This document shows, one piece after another, positions 19,703 through 29,283 of a DNA stretch of 64,000 nucleotides. Source of the stretch: Bacteroidota bacterium (lineage in GTDB: Bacteria > Bacteroidota > Bacteroidia > Bacteroidales > JABHKC01); assembly GCA_018692315.1 (NCBI GenBank), contig JABHKC010000248.1, forward strand, positions 2,505-66,504, read 5' to 3'. The stretch's first letter is position 1, and every line of letters starts with the position of its first letter. Below the pieces are notes generated by a model. It did no database searches. It was given only the letters and a program-made list of their open reading frames with translations, and was not told the origin of the DNA. A program made the position numbers and the translations under genes.

Positions 19703-21115
19703 ATGAAGAAGTATTTAAATGATAATGTTTTTACAATTTTGGCAGAAATTGTAAAAACAAACAAAATAGAGGCCTATGTAATAGGTGGATTTGTTCGGGA
19801 TATTTTCCTTAAAAGAAAGTCGAAAGACATTGATATTGTTACGGTTGGGAGCGGAATAGAACTGGCTAAAAAGTTAGCAAAAAAGCTTGGAATCTCAAAT
19901 GTCAATATCTTTAAAAATTATGGAACAGCAATGATATCGATGGAGAATTACGATATAGAATTTGTTGGAGCCAGGAAAGAATCCTATAATTTCGAATCGC
20001 GAAATCCGAAAGTAGAAATTGGAACTCTCGAAGACGACCAAAACAGGAGAGATTTCACTATCAACGCTTTAGCTATTAGTTTGAATCCTGGAACTTTTGG
20101 AAAGTTAATTGATCCTTTTGCGGGTGTTGCCGATATTGAAAAGAAAATTATTAGAACACCTTTGCAGCCGGCATCTACTTTTTCCGATGATCCTTTACGA
20201 ATGATGCGTGCAATAAGATTTGCTACGCAACTCAAATTTTCTATTGAAGAAGAAACTTTTAAAGGCATTGCCGAAAATGCTGAACGAATTAAAATTGTTT
20301 CCTTCGAAAGAATTATTGATGAGCTAAACAAGATTATTCTGTCAGAAAAACCTTCAATAGGTTTCAGACTTCTTGATGAATCGGGATTATTAAAAATAGT
20401 TTTTCCGGAAATGGAAAAATTGAAAGGTGTTGAAGAAAAAAATGGGAAAAAGCATAAAGATAATTTTCTTCATACAATACAAGTTTTAGACAGAATTAGC
20501 CAAAATTCAAATAATTTGTGGCTACGATGGTCAGCAATTTTGCACGATATTGCTAAACCTCAGACAAAACAATTTGTAGAACATCAGGGTTGGACATTTC
20601 ATGCGCACGATTTTATTGGTTCTAAAATGGTAGCTCAAATTTTCAAAAGCTTGAAACTTCCACTTAATGAAAAAATGAAATATGTTAAAAAATTAGTTTT
20701 GTTGCATCTGCGTCCAATTGCGCTGGTAGAAGATGTTGTAACGGATTCTGCCATTCGCCGGCTTTTGTTCGATGCTGGCAACGACATTGACGATCTGATG
20801 ACACTTTGTGAAGCAGATATAACTTCTAAAAACGATAGTAAGGTAAAAAAATATTTGCAGAATTTTAATCATGTCAGAAAAAAGCTTAAAGAAATTGAGG
20901 AGAAGGATGCAATCCGTAATTTTCAACCTCCAATTAGTGGCGAGGATATTATAAGAGCTTTTGATTTGAAACCTTCGCGAGAAATTGGGATTATAAAAAA
21001 TTCTATAAAGGATGCTATTCTTGATGGAATTATTCAAAACAACTTTAACGAAGCCTACAATTTTATGCTGGAAAAAGGGAATGAATTAGGTTTAAAAGAA
21101 AAAATGGAGAACTAA
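19703..21115 (+). CDS. CCA tRNA nucleotidyltransferase / poly(A) polymerase-family enzyme with C-terminal HD domain
   Basis: Nucleotidyltransferase head GGFVRDIFL..KSKDIDIV, then RRDFTINALA, DDPLRMMRAIRFA, and an HD region LHDIAKP...HAHDFIG. The ATG at 19703 is preferred over the TTG at 19688. Confidence 0.85.
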   Translation: MKKYLNDNVFTILAEIVKTNKIEAYVIGGFVRDIFLKRKSKDIDIVTVGSGIELAKKLAKKLGISNVNIFKNYGTAMISMENYDIEFVGARKESYNFESRNPKVEIGTLEDDQNRRDFTINALAISLNPGTFGKLIDPFAGVADIEKKIIRTPLQPASTFSDDPLRMMRAIRFATQLKFSIEEETFKGIAENAERIKIVSFERIIDELNKIILSEKPSIGFRLLDESGLLKIVFPEMEKLKGVEEKNGKKHKDNFLHTIQVLDRISQNSNNLWLRWSAILHDIAKPQTKQFVEHQGWTFHAHDFIGSKMVAQIFKSLKLPLNEKMKYVKKLVLLHLRPIALVEDVVTDSAIRRLLFDAGNDIDDLMTLCEADITSKNDSKVKKYLQNFNHVRKKLKEIEEKDAIRNFQPPISGEDIIRAFDLKPSREIGIIKNSIKDAILDGIIQNNFNEAYNFMLEKGNELGLKEKMEN

Positions 21116-21125
21116 AGTTCTCCAT
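21104..21125 (+). terminator. stop-codon-spanning hairpin after the CCA-enzyme gene (weak U tract)
   Basis: ATGGAGAAC (21104-21112), loop TAAA, GTTCTCCAT (21117-21125): a 9-bp perfect stem. Only TT follows, so terminator function is uncertain. Confidence 0.3.
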
Positions 21126-21493
21126 TTAAAACTATGAAAAAAATCTACCAAAAATTTTTCTGTTTTATCTACCTTTTTTTACCAGATATATTAACGAGTA
21201 GATTCTTATTTGTTGCAGGATTTTCAACAAAACTCATAATATTATTGACAAACGTAATAAATAGTGTGACAAACAGATTGATTCTGGTTTTTGAATTTCT
21301 ACTATTTATTAAAACTATATGAAATGACTGACAGAATATGGTTTTTGAATGATTAACATTTTATTTAACTTAAAGCTGATTTTAGAATTCACTATTGAAA
21401 GTGATATTTATTTTGCCTATAATTTCTGGTATCTAATTCGCATTTTTCCAATAAACCAAAAAATAATTCGTTGTAACGAAAAAATAATTTAAT

Positions 21494-22474
21494 ATGAAAA
21501 AAATACAAATTGCTTTAATATTTGTTTTTGTAATCTTGACATCCTGCCAAAACCAAAGCAAATCGTTGATGTCGAGTGTTACTGGAAAAGCCGGCGAGGT
21601 TGTTTTAATAATTGCCAAGGGTAGCTGGGAGTCGGAAATAGGCGAAAAGTATAGAAATATTCTACAGCAAGAACAAGTTGGTTTGCCTCAGGATGAACCG
21701 ATGTTCGATTTAGTTCAGATTACACCGGCTTCATTTTCAAAAATATTTCAAACTCATAGAAATATTATTTTTTCGAATATTTCAAATGATATTAGCGAAG
21801 CAAAAATCAGTATTAAAAATGATGTCTGGGCTTACCCTCAAATTGTAATAAAAATTGAGGCTCCCGATGAAATCTCCTTAATGAAACTGTTGAAAGAATA
21901 TGAAAAGACAATTACGGATCGTGTACTACAAGCTGAGCGCCAAAGAATTATTCATAATTATAGAAAATATGAAGAACAAGGAATAAGTTCACGCTTAAAA
22001 AAACGACATAATATATCTCTCACAATTCCAAAAGGTTATGAATTTGATGTTGATACTGCAAATTTTGCATGGATAACCCACGAAACTTCTGACATCAGTC
22101 AGGGAATATTGATTTATTCATACAAGTATGAAGAGGAAAATAATTTTTCATTAAATTTTCTATTGAATAAAAGAGATGAGTTTTGTAAAAAGTTTGTGCC
22201 GGGACCGAGCAAAAATTCATATATGACAACAGATCGAATCTTTTCCAATAATTTTGAGGAAAAAACTGTGAATGAAAATTATGTTGCCGAAATTCGTGGC
22301 TTGTGGCGAGTCGAGAATGATTTTATGGGCGGTCCATTTATTAGTTTTTCCACTCTTGATAAAAAACGAAATAGAGTAATCACAATCGATGCCTATGTGT
22401 ATGCTCCAAAGTTTAATAAACGTAATTATCTTCGTCAGTTGGAAGGTATTTTATATTCTCTGAAAATATTATAA
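21494..22474 (+). CDS. hypothetical lipoprotein (possibly DUF4837 family)
   Basis: 326 aa with lipobox VILTSC. No catalytic motifs recognised. The family name is a recollection based on size and taxon, not a search. Confidence 0.5.
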   Translation: MKKIQIALIFVFVILTSCQNQSKSLMSSVTGKAGEVVLIIAKGSWESEIGEKYRNILQQEQVGLPQDEPMFDLVQITPASFSKIFQTHRNIIFSNISNDISEAKISIKNDVWAYPQIVIKIEAPDEISLMKLLKEYEKTITDRVLQAERQRIIHNYRKYEEQGISSRLKKRHNISLTIPKGYEFDVDTANFAWITHETSDISQGILIYSYKYEEENNFSLNFLLNKRDEFCKKFVPGPSKNSYMTTDRIFSNNFEEKTVNENYVAEIRGLWRVENDFMGGPFISFSTLDKKRNRVITIDAYVYAPKFNKRNYLRQLEGILYSLKIL

Positions 22475-22504
22475 ATTCTATGGGGCAAGAAAATTGTTAA
22501 TAAT

Positions 22505-25024
22505 TTACCCACACTTAGACGTACCACAAGCTGTGCAAATTAGGCAACCCTCCTGATATCTAAGAAATTCGGAACCACAGTTTTCGCATTTTGTTCCTTT
22601 TTTTGGTACAATTCCATTTGGGATATATTTTTTCAGGGCTCGTTCGACTCCATTTTTCCATGTATTTATCGACTGGCTGTCTAATTCAAGCGAAGATATA
22701 AGATCTACCACATGCTGAATTTGCATACCATGTCGAAGAACACTTGAAATTAATTTTGCATAATTCCAATATTCCTGATTAAACATATGCGACAAACCTC
22801 CGAGTGTGTTTTCATAGCCAAATTTGTCAGTATATTTGAAATCATATCTGGATTTTCCTTTTATAGCATTTTTGATTTTAATGATTTTTCCTTTTGTAAC
22901 ACTTTTTGGAATCAGCAAAGAATCTTCATTTGACAAACCAGTGAAAATTTCGTAGGGTTTTTCATCAATTAGTCCGACAAATGCGACCCAGCTTTCTTTA
23001 TTATTTTTAAATCTAATAACTTCGGCTTCGAGTTCTTTTGGCCGTCTTGTGTATTCAAATTTTTCTTCGGTCTTTTTTTCTTTAGAAATTAGTATTCCAT
23101 CTCTCGAACCTTCCCGATAAACAGTTATTCCTTTGCAACCGCATTTCCATGCTGTTTCAAAAACATTGGCAATAACTTCTTTGCTTGTTTCCTTAGGTAA
23201 ATTCACAGTTACACTTATCGAATGGTCAACCCATTTTTGAATTCCTCCTTGCATTTTCACTTTATTCACCCAATCAATATCTTGCGATGAAGACTTATAG
23301 TATGGCGATTTTTCAATAATGGTGTTTAATTCATCGTCAGGCAAATTCATGACTTTATCAATTTCATAATTCTTTACCTCTAACCATTTTACAAATTTAT
23401 GATGAAATACATTGTATTCTTCCCAGCTATCTCCCTTTTCATCAGTAAAAATAATATTTACATTTTGATCGTTTGGATTTACTTTCCTCCTTCTTTTATA
23501 AGATGGTTGAAATATTGGTTCTATTCCTGAAGTAGTTTGCGTCATTATGCTTGTAGTACCTGTTGGTGCAATAGTTAGCAGAGCAATATTTCTACGTCCA
23601 AATTGCAGCATGTCTTCATATAATTGATTGTCTGCCTCTTTCAGTCTGTTAATGAAAGGATTGTTTTTTTCTTTCTCACTATTGAATATTGCAAATGCAC
23701 CTCTGTCTTTTGCCAAATTTACCGATGACCTGTAAGCTTCCATAGCTAAAGTTTTTTGAACTTCGATTGCAAAATCGATAGAATTTTCGCTACCGTACTG
23801 AAGCCCTAATGCTGCTAACATATCGCCCTCGGCTGTAATGCCTATACCCATTCTCCGTCCTTTTACAGCTTTTTCTCTTATGTTTTCCCAGAGTTTTCTT
23901 TCAGTTCGTTTTATTTCGTCGTCTTCAGTATCACCATTAATTTTATCTAAAATAGCATCAATTTTTTCTAATTCCAGATCGATAATATCGTCCATTATTC
24001 TTTGCGAATAAGTAATATGATCTTTGAATAATTGAAAATTAAATTTGGCATCTTTTGTAAAAGGATTATCGACATAGCTATATAAATTTAAGGCCAGAAG
24101 TCGGCAACTATCGTAAGGACATAGCGGGATTTCACCGCAAGGATTCGTCGAAACTGTTTTGTATCCTTCATCGGAATAACAATCTGGAATTGACTCCTTA
24201 ATTATTGTATCCCAAAACAAAATTCCTGGTTCGGCCGATTGCCATGCATTCTGAATAATCTTATCCCAAAGTTTTTTTGCTTCGATGGTTTTTGTATGGC
24301 TGGGATTTTTTGCATCAACCGGATATTGCAGCTTATAATTTGTATTGTTCAATGCCGCTTCAATGAATTCATCGTTTAGTTTTACTGAAATATTTGCACC
24401 GGTAACTTTATTCTTTTCAATCTTTGCATCAATAAAATCTTCTACGTCAGGGTGTTTCACTGATACACTTAGCATAAGTGCTCCGCGTCTTCCGTCCTGG
24501 GCAACTTCTCTGGTCGAATTTGAATATCGTTCCATGAATGGAACAATGCCTGTAGAAGTTAAAGCACTGTTTAATACTGTGCTTCCGTTTGGCCTGATAT
24601 GTGACAAATCGTGGCCTACTCCACCTCTGCGTTTCATCAATTGTACTTGTTCCTGGTCGATTTTTAAAATTCCGCCGTAGGAATCGGCAGGATTACAATC
24701 GCCAATCACAAAACAATTCGACAATGAAGCTATTTGGTTCTTGTTGCCAATCCCTGTCATGGGTCCACCTTGCGGAACTATATATTTAAAGTTTTTCAGG
24801 ACTGCATATATATTTTCTTCTGATAATGGAAATGGGTACTTTTTCTCAATTCTGTATATTTCTTTTGCGAGACGTTTGTGCATATCGTCCGGATTACTTT
24901 CAAATATATTCCCGGCTGAGTCTTTTAGAGCATATTTATTTACCCAGACTTTGGCTGCTAACTCATCGCCTTTAAAATATTTTAATGACTCATTGTATGC
25001 CTCATCGAAAGTATAAGTTTTCAT
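22505..25024 (-). CDS. nrdJ: adenosylcobalamin-dependent (class II) ribonucleoside-diphosphate/triphosphate reductase
   Basis: Motifs: YALKD...P.DM..R(L)A, active-site STNPCGEIPL, IAPTGTTS, and a C-terminal zinc ribbon CENCGSEFLRYQEGCLICTACG. The ORF is also open to an ATG at 25063. MKTYTFDEAY at 25024 looks like the conserved N-terminus. Confidence 0.92.
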   Translation of the reverse strand: MKTYTFDEAYNESLKYFKGDELAAKVWVNKYALKDSAGNIFESNPDDMHKRLAKEIYRIEKKYPFPLSEENIYAVLKNFKYIVPQGGPMTGIGNKNQIASLSNCFVIGDCNPADSYGGILKIDQEQVQLMKRRGGVGHDLSHIRPNGSTVLNSALTSTGIVPFMERYSNSTREVAQDGRRGALMLSVSVKHPDVEDFIDAKIEKNKVTGANISVKLNDEFIEAALNNTNYKLQYPVDAKNPSHTKTIEAKKLWDKIIQNAWQSAEPGILFWDTIIKESIPDCYSDEGYKTVSTNPCGEIPLCPYDSCRLLALNLYSYVDNPFTKDAKFNFQLFKDHITYSQRIMDDIIDLELEKIDAILDKINGDTEDDEIKRTERKLWENIREKAVKGRRMGIGITAEGDMLAALGLQYGSENSIDFAIEVQKTLAMEAYRSSVNLAKDRGAFAIFNSEKEKNNPFINRLKEADNQLYEDMLQFGRRNIALLTIAPTGTTSIMTQTTSGIEPIFQPSYKRRRKVNPNDQNVNIIFTDEKGDSWEEYNVFHHKFVKWLEVKNYEIDKVMNLPDDELNTIIEKSPYYKSSSQDIDWVNKVKMQGGIQKWVDHSISVTVNLPKETSKEVIANVFETAWKCGCKGITVYREGSRDGILISKEKKTEEKFEYTRRPKELEAEVIRFKNNKESWVAFVGLIDEKPYEIFTGLSNEDSLLIPKSVTKGKIIKIKNAIKGKSRYDFKYTDKFGYENTLGGLSHMFNQEYWNYAKLISSVLRHGMQIQHVVDLISSLELDSQSINTWKNGVERALKKYIPNGIVPKKGTKCENCGSEFLRYQEGCLICTACGTSKCG

Positions 25025-25441
25025 TTTAGTATTTTTCTCATTTATCAGTTCTTCTATAAACATTGGTGCAAGTAATTTTCAAATTAACAATATATTTATC
25101 TTGAAATTAAAGTATGAAATTTGAGCTGAGGTAATAAATCTATTAAGATTTACCCAAAATTCTAATCTGCTGAAAGTTATAGCTTTCTACGATATACAAC
25201 TTAACATTCCATTTTTATGCGAAAGTAATGAGATATAAAATAAAATACTTAATTATTTATTAACAATAATAGCTTAATTAATTATTAAACAAAGTTTTAA
25301 ATAGTTGATTATTTATTTTTTCTCTCTAAAGTGTTGAAAATTAGTCGGCAAATTCTAATACGTTGAAAATAAGGGCGATTTACAGCATTTCATTTTTCAA
25401 TTTGGCAATTCAATTTCAGTGAGTTTGCTAAATAAAATATT

Positions 25442-25449
25442 TACTTTTG
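25442..25449 (+). promoter_or_regulatory. -7 promoter box TACTTTTG upstream of riboflavin synthase
   Basis: Exact TAnnTTTG match 33 nt upstream of the ATG at 25483. The nearest upstream TTTG (25424-25427) is spaced only 14 nt. Confidence 0.35.
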
Positions 25450-25482
25450 TAAAATTATAATTATCAAAAAAATAGATTAGAT

Positions 25483-26094
25483 ATGTTTTCAGGAATAGTA
25501 GAAGAAGCAGCCAAAGTTGTAGAAATAAAAAAAGATAAAGAAAACTTGCATATTACTATGGAGTGCTCTTTTGTTGATGATCTAAAAATTGATCAAAGCA
25601 TTTCTCACAATGGAGTTTGTTTAACAGTTGTAAAAAGGAACGATAAAACCTACACGGTTACAGCCATTCAAGAGACTTTAATAAAATCGAATCTCGGACT
25701 TTTAAAAATTGGCGACAAAGTAAATCTCGAACGAAGTATGAAAATTGAGAGTTTGCTCGATGGTCATCTTGTTCAAGGTCATGTTGATCAAACTGCCGTA
25801 TGTAAAAAAGTTGAGGAAGCCGATGGAAGTTGGTATTTTACCTTCGAATATGATTCTAATTTGGGAAATATTACTGTAGAAAAAGGTTCAATATCAGTAA
25901 ACGGTGTTAGTCTAACTGTTGTAAATTCTAAAGAAAAAACCTTTCAGGTAGCAATAATTCCATTTACATACGATGTAACCAATTTTCATCAATTTCAAGT
26001 AGGAACGGTTGTCAATTTAGAATTTGATGTAATAGGAAAATATATTGCAAAAATCGTTAAACAACAATTGGAAGGATACAATTTAAAATCCTGA
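25483..26094 (+). CDS. ribE: riboflavin synthase (alpha chain)
   Basis: 203 aa starting MFSGIVEE. Two internally repeated lumazine-binding barrels (SISHNGVCLTV and SISVNGVSLTV). Confidence 0.95.
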   Translation: MFSGIVEEAAKVVEIKKDKENLHITMECSFVDDLKIDQSISHNGVCLTVVKRNDKTYTVTAIQETLIKSNLGLLKIGDKVNLERSMKIESLLDGHLVQGHVDQTAVCKKVEEADGSWYFTFEYDSNLGNITVEKGSISVNGVSLTVVNSKEKTFQVAIIPFTYDVTNFHQFQVGTVVNLEFDVIGKYIAKIVKQQLEGYNLKS

Positions 26095-26216
26095 GTAAAA
26101 GCCTTTGGTAGGTAAATTTTGTTATTAGTTAGAAATAGTCGATAATTTACAAAGTATTTTCTATCAAAAGTTTTTGTTAATTTTTTTCTAAGTTTGCCGA
26201 CTTTTAAAAACAATAT

Positions 26217-27821
26217 ATGGACAGTACAAACAAAAAATGGGTAATAATAATGCCTATTATTCTTGCATTAGTTTTAATAATAGGAATATTGTTAGGAAGT
26301 AAATTGCAAAACAATAATTACGATAAAAAGTTTTTTATACATCCCGAGCCAAATAAATTCAATACCATTTTGAACTATATTGAAGAAGAGTATGTCGATT
26401 CAGTTTCGAAATCGGAATTAGTAGAAAAAATAATCCCGGATATGCTTGCAGAATTAGACCCACATTCGATTTATATTCCTGCAAGAGATTTGAAAAGAAC
26501 AAACGAACCATTAGAAGGGAATTTCGATGGAATTGGGATTCAATTTAATATTCAGAGAGATACAGTTTTTGTGGTTAATCCTATTCCGAAAGGGCCATCC
26601 GAAAAGGTTGGAATTTTGGCAGGCGACCGAATTGTTTATGTTGACGACTCGTTGATAGCTGGTACAGGAATTACCAACAATTCTGTTATGAAAATGCTTA
26701 GAGGCAAACAGGGAACAAAAGTTAAATTAGGTATAAAAAGAAAGCAAAACAAAGAAGTCATAAATTTCGTTGTAACACGCGACAAAATTCCACTTTACAG
26801 CGTTGATGTTGCATATATGGTTTCTGAGGATATCGGATACATAAAAATCAGTAAATTTTCAAGAACTACATTCGATGAGTTTATTAGTGCTATAGAGGAA
26901 TTGCAAAGCGCGGGATTAAAAAAACTAATACTTGATTTGCGAAACAATAGCGGAGGGTATATGAATGCAGCAATTAATATTGCCGATCAATTTCTAAATT
27001 CTAATAAACTAATTGTTTATACTCAAGGAAAAGCAAGGCCAAAAAATAAATCATTTTCTACATCCTCCGGACTTTGTTTAAATACTGAATTGACAATACT
27101 GATTGATGAATTTTCGGCTTCTGCAAGCGAAATTCTGGCAGGTGCAATTCAAGACAACGATAGAGGAACTATTATTGGTCGCAGGTCTTATGGTAAAGGA
27201 TTGGTTCAGGAACAAACTATTTTTCATGATGGTTCGGCACTACGTCTCACAATTGCACGATATTACACCCCAACAGGCAGGTGTATTCAAAAATCTTACG
27301 AAAATGGAAATTCCGATTATTATCATGATATAAATAATAGGTACGATAATGGTGAATTTTCGCAAGCCGATAGTATTCAATTGCCCGATTCTTTGAAATA
27401 TTATACTCCGAAAGGAAAAGTTGTGTATGGTGGCGGAGGTATTATGCCAGATAATTTTGTCTCAATGGATACAATTAGATTATCACCATATTTTACCAAA
27501 CTAATTAACAAAGGTTTAATGTATCAATTTGCATTTAAATATGTTGACGATAACAGGCATGTACTTTCGGAATTATCAGGTTTGTCGGATTTGATTTTCC
27601 ATCTCGAAAAAGAAAATATCTTCCAAATATTTCTTGCTTTTGCTAAAGAAAAATCAGTTTCGGGCACCAAAAAAGATATTAAAATGTCAGAAAAATTGAT
27701 CAATACAAGAATCTCTGCCTTTATTGCCAGAAATATTTTTAATGATATAGGTTTCTATCCGATTATTAATGAAGAAGACAAAACTGTTCTTAAAGCCGTG
27801 GAAATATTGAAAGCAGAATAA
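26217..27821 (+). CDS. S41 family C-terminal processing peptidase
   Basis: N-terminal TM anchor, a PDZ region (GPSEKVGILAGDRIVYVDD), and S41 blocks LILDLRNNSGGY, DEFSASASEILAGAIQD, GRRSYGKGLVQ. Confidence 0.9.
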   Translation: MDSTNKKWVIIMPIILALVLIIGILLGSKLQNNNYDKKFFIHPEPNKFNTILNYIEEEYVDSVSKSELVEKIIPDMLAELDPHSIYIPARDLKRTNEPLEGNFDGIGIQFNIQRDTVFVVNPIPKGPSEKVGILAGDRIVYVDDSLIAGTGITNNSVMKMLRGKQGTKVKLGIKRKQNKEVINFVVTRDKIPLYSVDVAYMVSEDIGYIKISKFSRTTFDEFISAIEELQSAGLKKLILDLRNNSGGYMNAAINIADQFLNSNKLIVYTQGKARPKNKSFSTSSGLCLNTELTILIDEFSASASEILAGAIQDNDRGTIIGRRSYGKGLVQEQTIFHDGSALRLTIARYYTPTGRCIQKSYENGNSDYYHDINNRYDNGEFSQADSIQLPDSLKYYTPKGKVVYGGGGIMPDNFVSMDTIRLSPYFTKLINKGLMYQFAFKYVDDNRHVLSELSGLSDLIFHLEKENIFQIFLAFAKEKSVSGTKKDIKMSEKLINTRISAFIARNIFNDIGFYPIINEEDKTVLKAVEILKAE

Positions 27822-27870
27822 TTTTTAAATTTTCAAATACAAGTTTTCAGGTTTAATAATATAAGTCAAA

Positions 27871-28500
27871 ATGAATTACCTAAGTTTGTTCAAAAATAAT
27901 GAAGATTGGATTAATGAGAAATTGCAATTAGACTCGGACTATTTCAAAAAATTATCCAAAGGTCAAAATCCGGAATTTTTATATATTGGTTGTTCAGATA
28001 GCAGAGTTTCACCTGAAGAATTCGCTGGATTGAAGCCCGGCGACACATTTGTTCATCGTAATATTGCCAATTTGGTTGTAAGCATAGACTTAAACCAAAT
28101 GGCTGTGATAAATTATGCAATAAATCGATTGAAAATAAAACATATAATCGTTTGTGGGCACTACGGATGTGGAGGAGTAAAAGCTGCAATGGAAGCCAGC
28201 GATTTAGAAAAATTAAATCCTTGGTTGCAAAATGTCAAAGATGTTTATCGTTTGCATACCAGGGAATTAACCGAAATTTCAAATAGTGAGGAAAGATATA
28301 AAAGACTTGTAGAATTAAATGTTGAAGAACAGTGTATTAATCTGTTAAAAACTCATGTAGTTCAAAAAGAATTTGAACTAAGAAATATCCAAATTCATGC
28401 TTGGGTTTTCGATATTCAATCAGGAAAAATAATTGATTTAAATATTGATTTTGAACAAAAGCTAAAACCCCTAAAAGAAATTTATAGCTTTAGAAACTAA
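27871..28500 (+). CDS. beta-class carbonic anhydrase
   Basis: 209 aa. Zinc-ligand motifs GCSDSRV and GHYGCGG. Confidence 0.93.
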   Translation: MNYLSLFKNNEDWINEKLQLDSDYFKKLSKGQNPEFLYIGCSDSRVSPEEFAGLKPGDTFVHRNIANLVVSIDLNQMAVINYAINRLKIKHIIVCGHYGCGGVKAAMEASDLEKLNPWLQNVKDVYRLHTRELTEISNSEERYKRLVELNVEEQCINLLKTHVVQKEFELRNIQIHAWVFDIQSGKIIDLNIDFEQKLKPLKEIYSFRN

Positions 28501-28555
28501 AGACCTTGCAAAGTAAAATTCACACATCATCAGCCAGAAATAAATGAAATATTTT

Positions 28556-28586
28556 TTTGTAGCCTAATTTCAAATATATATATTTG
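28556..28586 (+). promoter_or_regulatory. Bacteroidota-type promoter of tRNA-Leu (-33 TTTG / -7 TATATTTG)
   Basis: TTTG at 28556-28559, a 19-nt spacer, and TATATTTG at 28579-28586. This matches TTTG-N19-21-TAnnTTTG exactly. The -7 box ends 17 nt before tRNA position 1. Confidence 0.55.
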
Positions 28587-28603
28587 CATCGCAAAATTTA
28601 ATA

Positions 28604-28687
28604 GCCCAGGTGGCGGAATTGGTAGACGCGCTGGTCTCAAACACCAGTGAACGCAAGTTCGTGCCGGTTCGACCCCGGCCCTGGGTA
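28604..28687 (+). tRNA. tRNA-Leu (anticodon CAA)
   Basis: Manual cloverleaf. Acceptor GCCCAGG/CCTGGGT (G1-U72 wobble) plus discriminator A. Anticodon stem CTGGT/ACCAG with loop CTCAAAC. Long variable arm. T arm GCCGG-TTCGACC-CCGGC. No encoded CCA. Confidence 0.95.
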
Positions 28688-28692
28688 CAAAT

Positions 28693-28722
28693 AAAAAGAG
28701 CAACCTGATGGTTGCTTTTTTT
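28693..28722 (+). terminator. rho-independent terminator after tRNA-Leu
   Basis: AGCAACC (28699-28705), loop TGAT, GGTTGCT (28710-28716), followed by a T7 run (28716-22). An A-run upstream makes it potentially bidirectional. Confidence 0.7.
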
Positions 28723-28744
28723 GCACCAAGTAAATTCATAAACT

Positions 28745-29036
28745 ATTGCAACAGTTTATAGTCTCTATTCAAGAATTATAGATTCTTATTATATTGTTAG
28801 TTGTAAAGATTTTAGCGAATGATTTGAGGAACATCGTTCAAAAAAATATCAAAACTGTTTTTCGGTTAAAGTCGACGATTGGATTCTTTTTTATAAGAAT
28901 GATGGTTTGGATTATTCGCAAGCCAGGAGTATTGAGGTTCACATAAAAAAATGAAAAGTAAGAAATACATTTATAATCTTAAGAAATATCCCGAGATTTC
29001 GAATAAACTTATTCAGAAGTATAGAAAAGATGGCGG
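28745..29036 (+). pseudogene. decayed GIY-YIG (COG2827/URI-like) nuclease gene
   Basis: Translation gives (I)ATVYSLYSRIIDSYYIVSCKDFSE*FEEHRSKKYQNCFSVKVDDWILFYKNDGLDYSQARSIEVHIKK, then after a frameshift MKSKKYIYNLKKYPEISNKLIQKY. This follows the pattern of short Bacteroidota GIY-YIG proteins. There is no ATG/GTG/TTG start (ATT at 28745), an in-frame TGA at 28820-28822, and a frameshift in the A7 run at 28945-28951. No >=60-aa ORF is present in the track here. Confidence 0.6.
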
Positions 29037-29153
29037 TCCCAATAGCTATCGGGATGGTAGACGCGATGGTCTCAAACACCAGTGAATGCAAGCTCCTGCC
29101 GGTTCGATAATAAATGAATTTCTGGTCTATCGGAACGACCCAGACTCTGGGTA
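29031..29153 (+). pseudogene. broken second copy of tRNA-Leu(CAA)
   Basis: TGGCGG...TGGTAGACGCGATGGTCTCAAACACCAGTGAATGCAAGCTCCTGCCGGTTCGA...GACCCAGACTCTGGGTA aligns to the intact tRNA at 28604-28687 with a few substitutions. It lacks the 5' acceptor strand. It carries an 18-nt palindromic insertion in the D-loop (29037-29054) and a 29-nt insertion in the T arm (29110-29138). Confidence 0.6.
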
Positions 29154-29283
29154 CTCATAGTTAAAAACCTCTGAATGAGAGGCATTTTGTCTAATCAGAC
29201 AATTCTATTGTTTTCTTAACTTGCTAAATTGTATTGAAAATTGGAATTCTTTCTATCAATATAATTAGACAAGTTGGGAAATT

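Noticed and set aside
21134-21322. 62-aa ORF downstream of the CCA-enzyme gene
   Set aside because: The translation is low-complexity and hydrophobic (F/L/I-rich), as expected from AT-rich non-coding DNA. There are no motifs and no supporting context.
25064-25482. 419-bp divergent region upstream of the class II RNR gene, examined for a cobalamin riboswitch or NrdR boxes
   Set aside because: There is no B-box (GCCACTG or its complement) and no convincing tandem 16-bp NrdR-type palindromes. Only AT-rich sequence and a -7 box for ribE are present.
28530-28739. 69-aa minus-strand ORF
   Set aside because: It lies antisense across the intact tRNA-Leu gene and its terminator, so it is an ORF-finder artefact.
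29161-29190. Hairpin CCTCT-GAATG-AGAGG flanked by an A-run and a T-run, possible bidirectional terminator downstream of the gene ending at 29284
   Set aside because: The stem is only 5 bp, which is too weak to call.
28723-29283. Possible integrated mobile element or prophage at the tRNA-Leu 3' end
   Set aside because: There is no integrase, transposase or cargo. The duplicated tRNA segment encloses only a ~290-bp dead GIY-YIG gene, so it is reported as a fossil rather than a mobile element.
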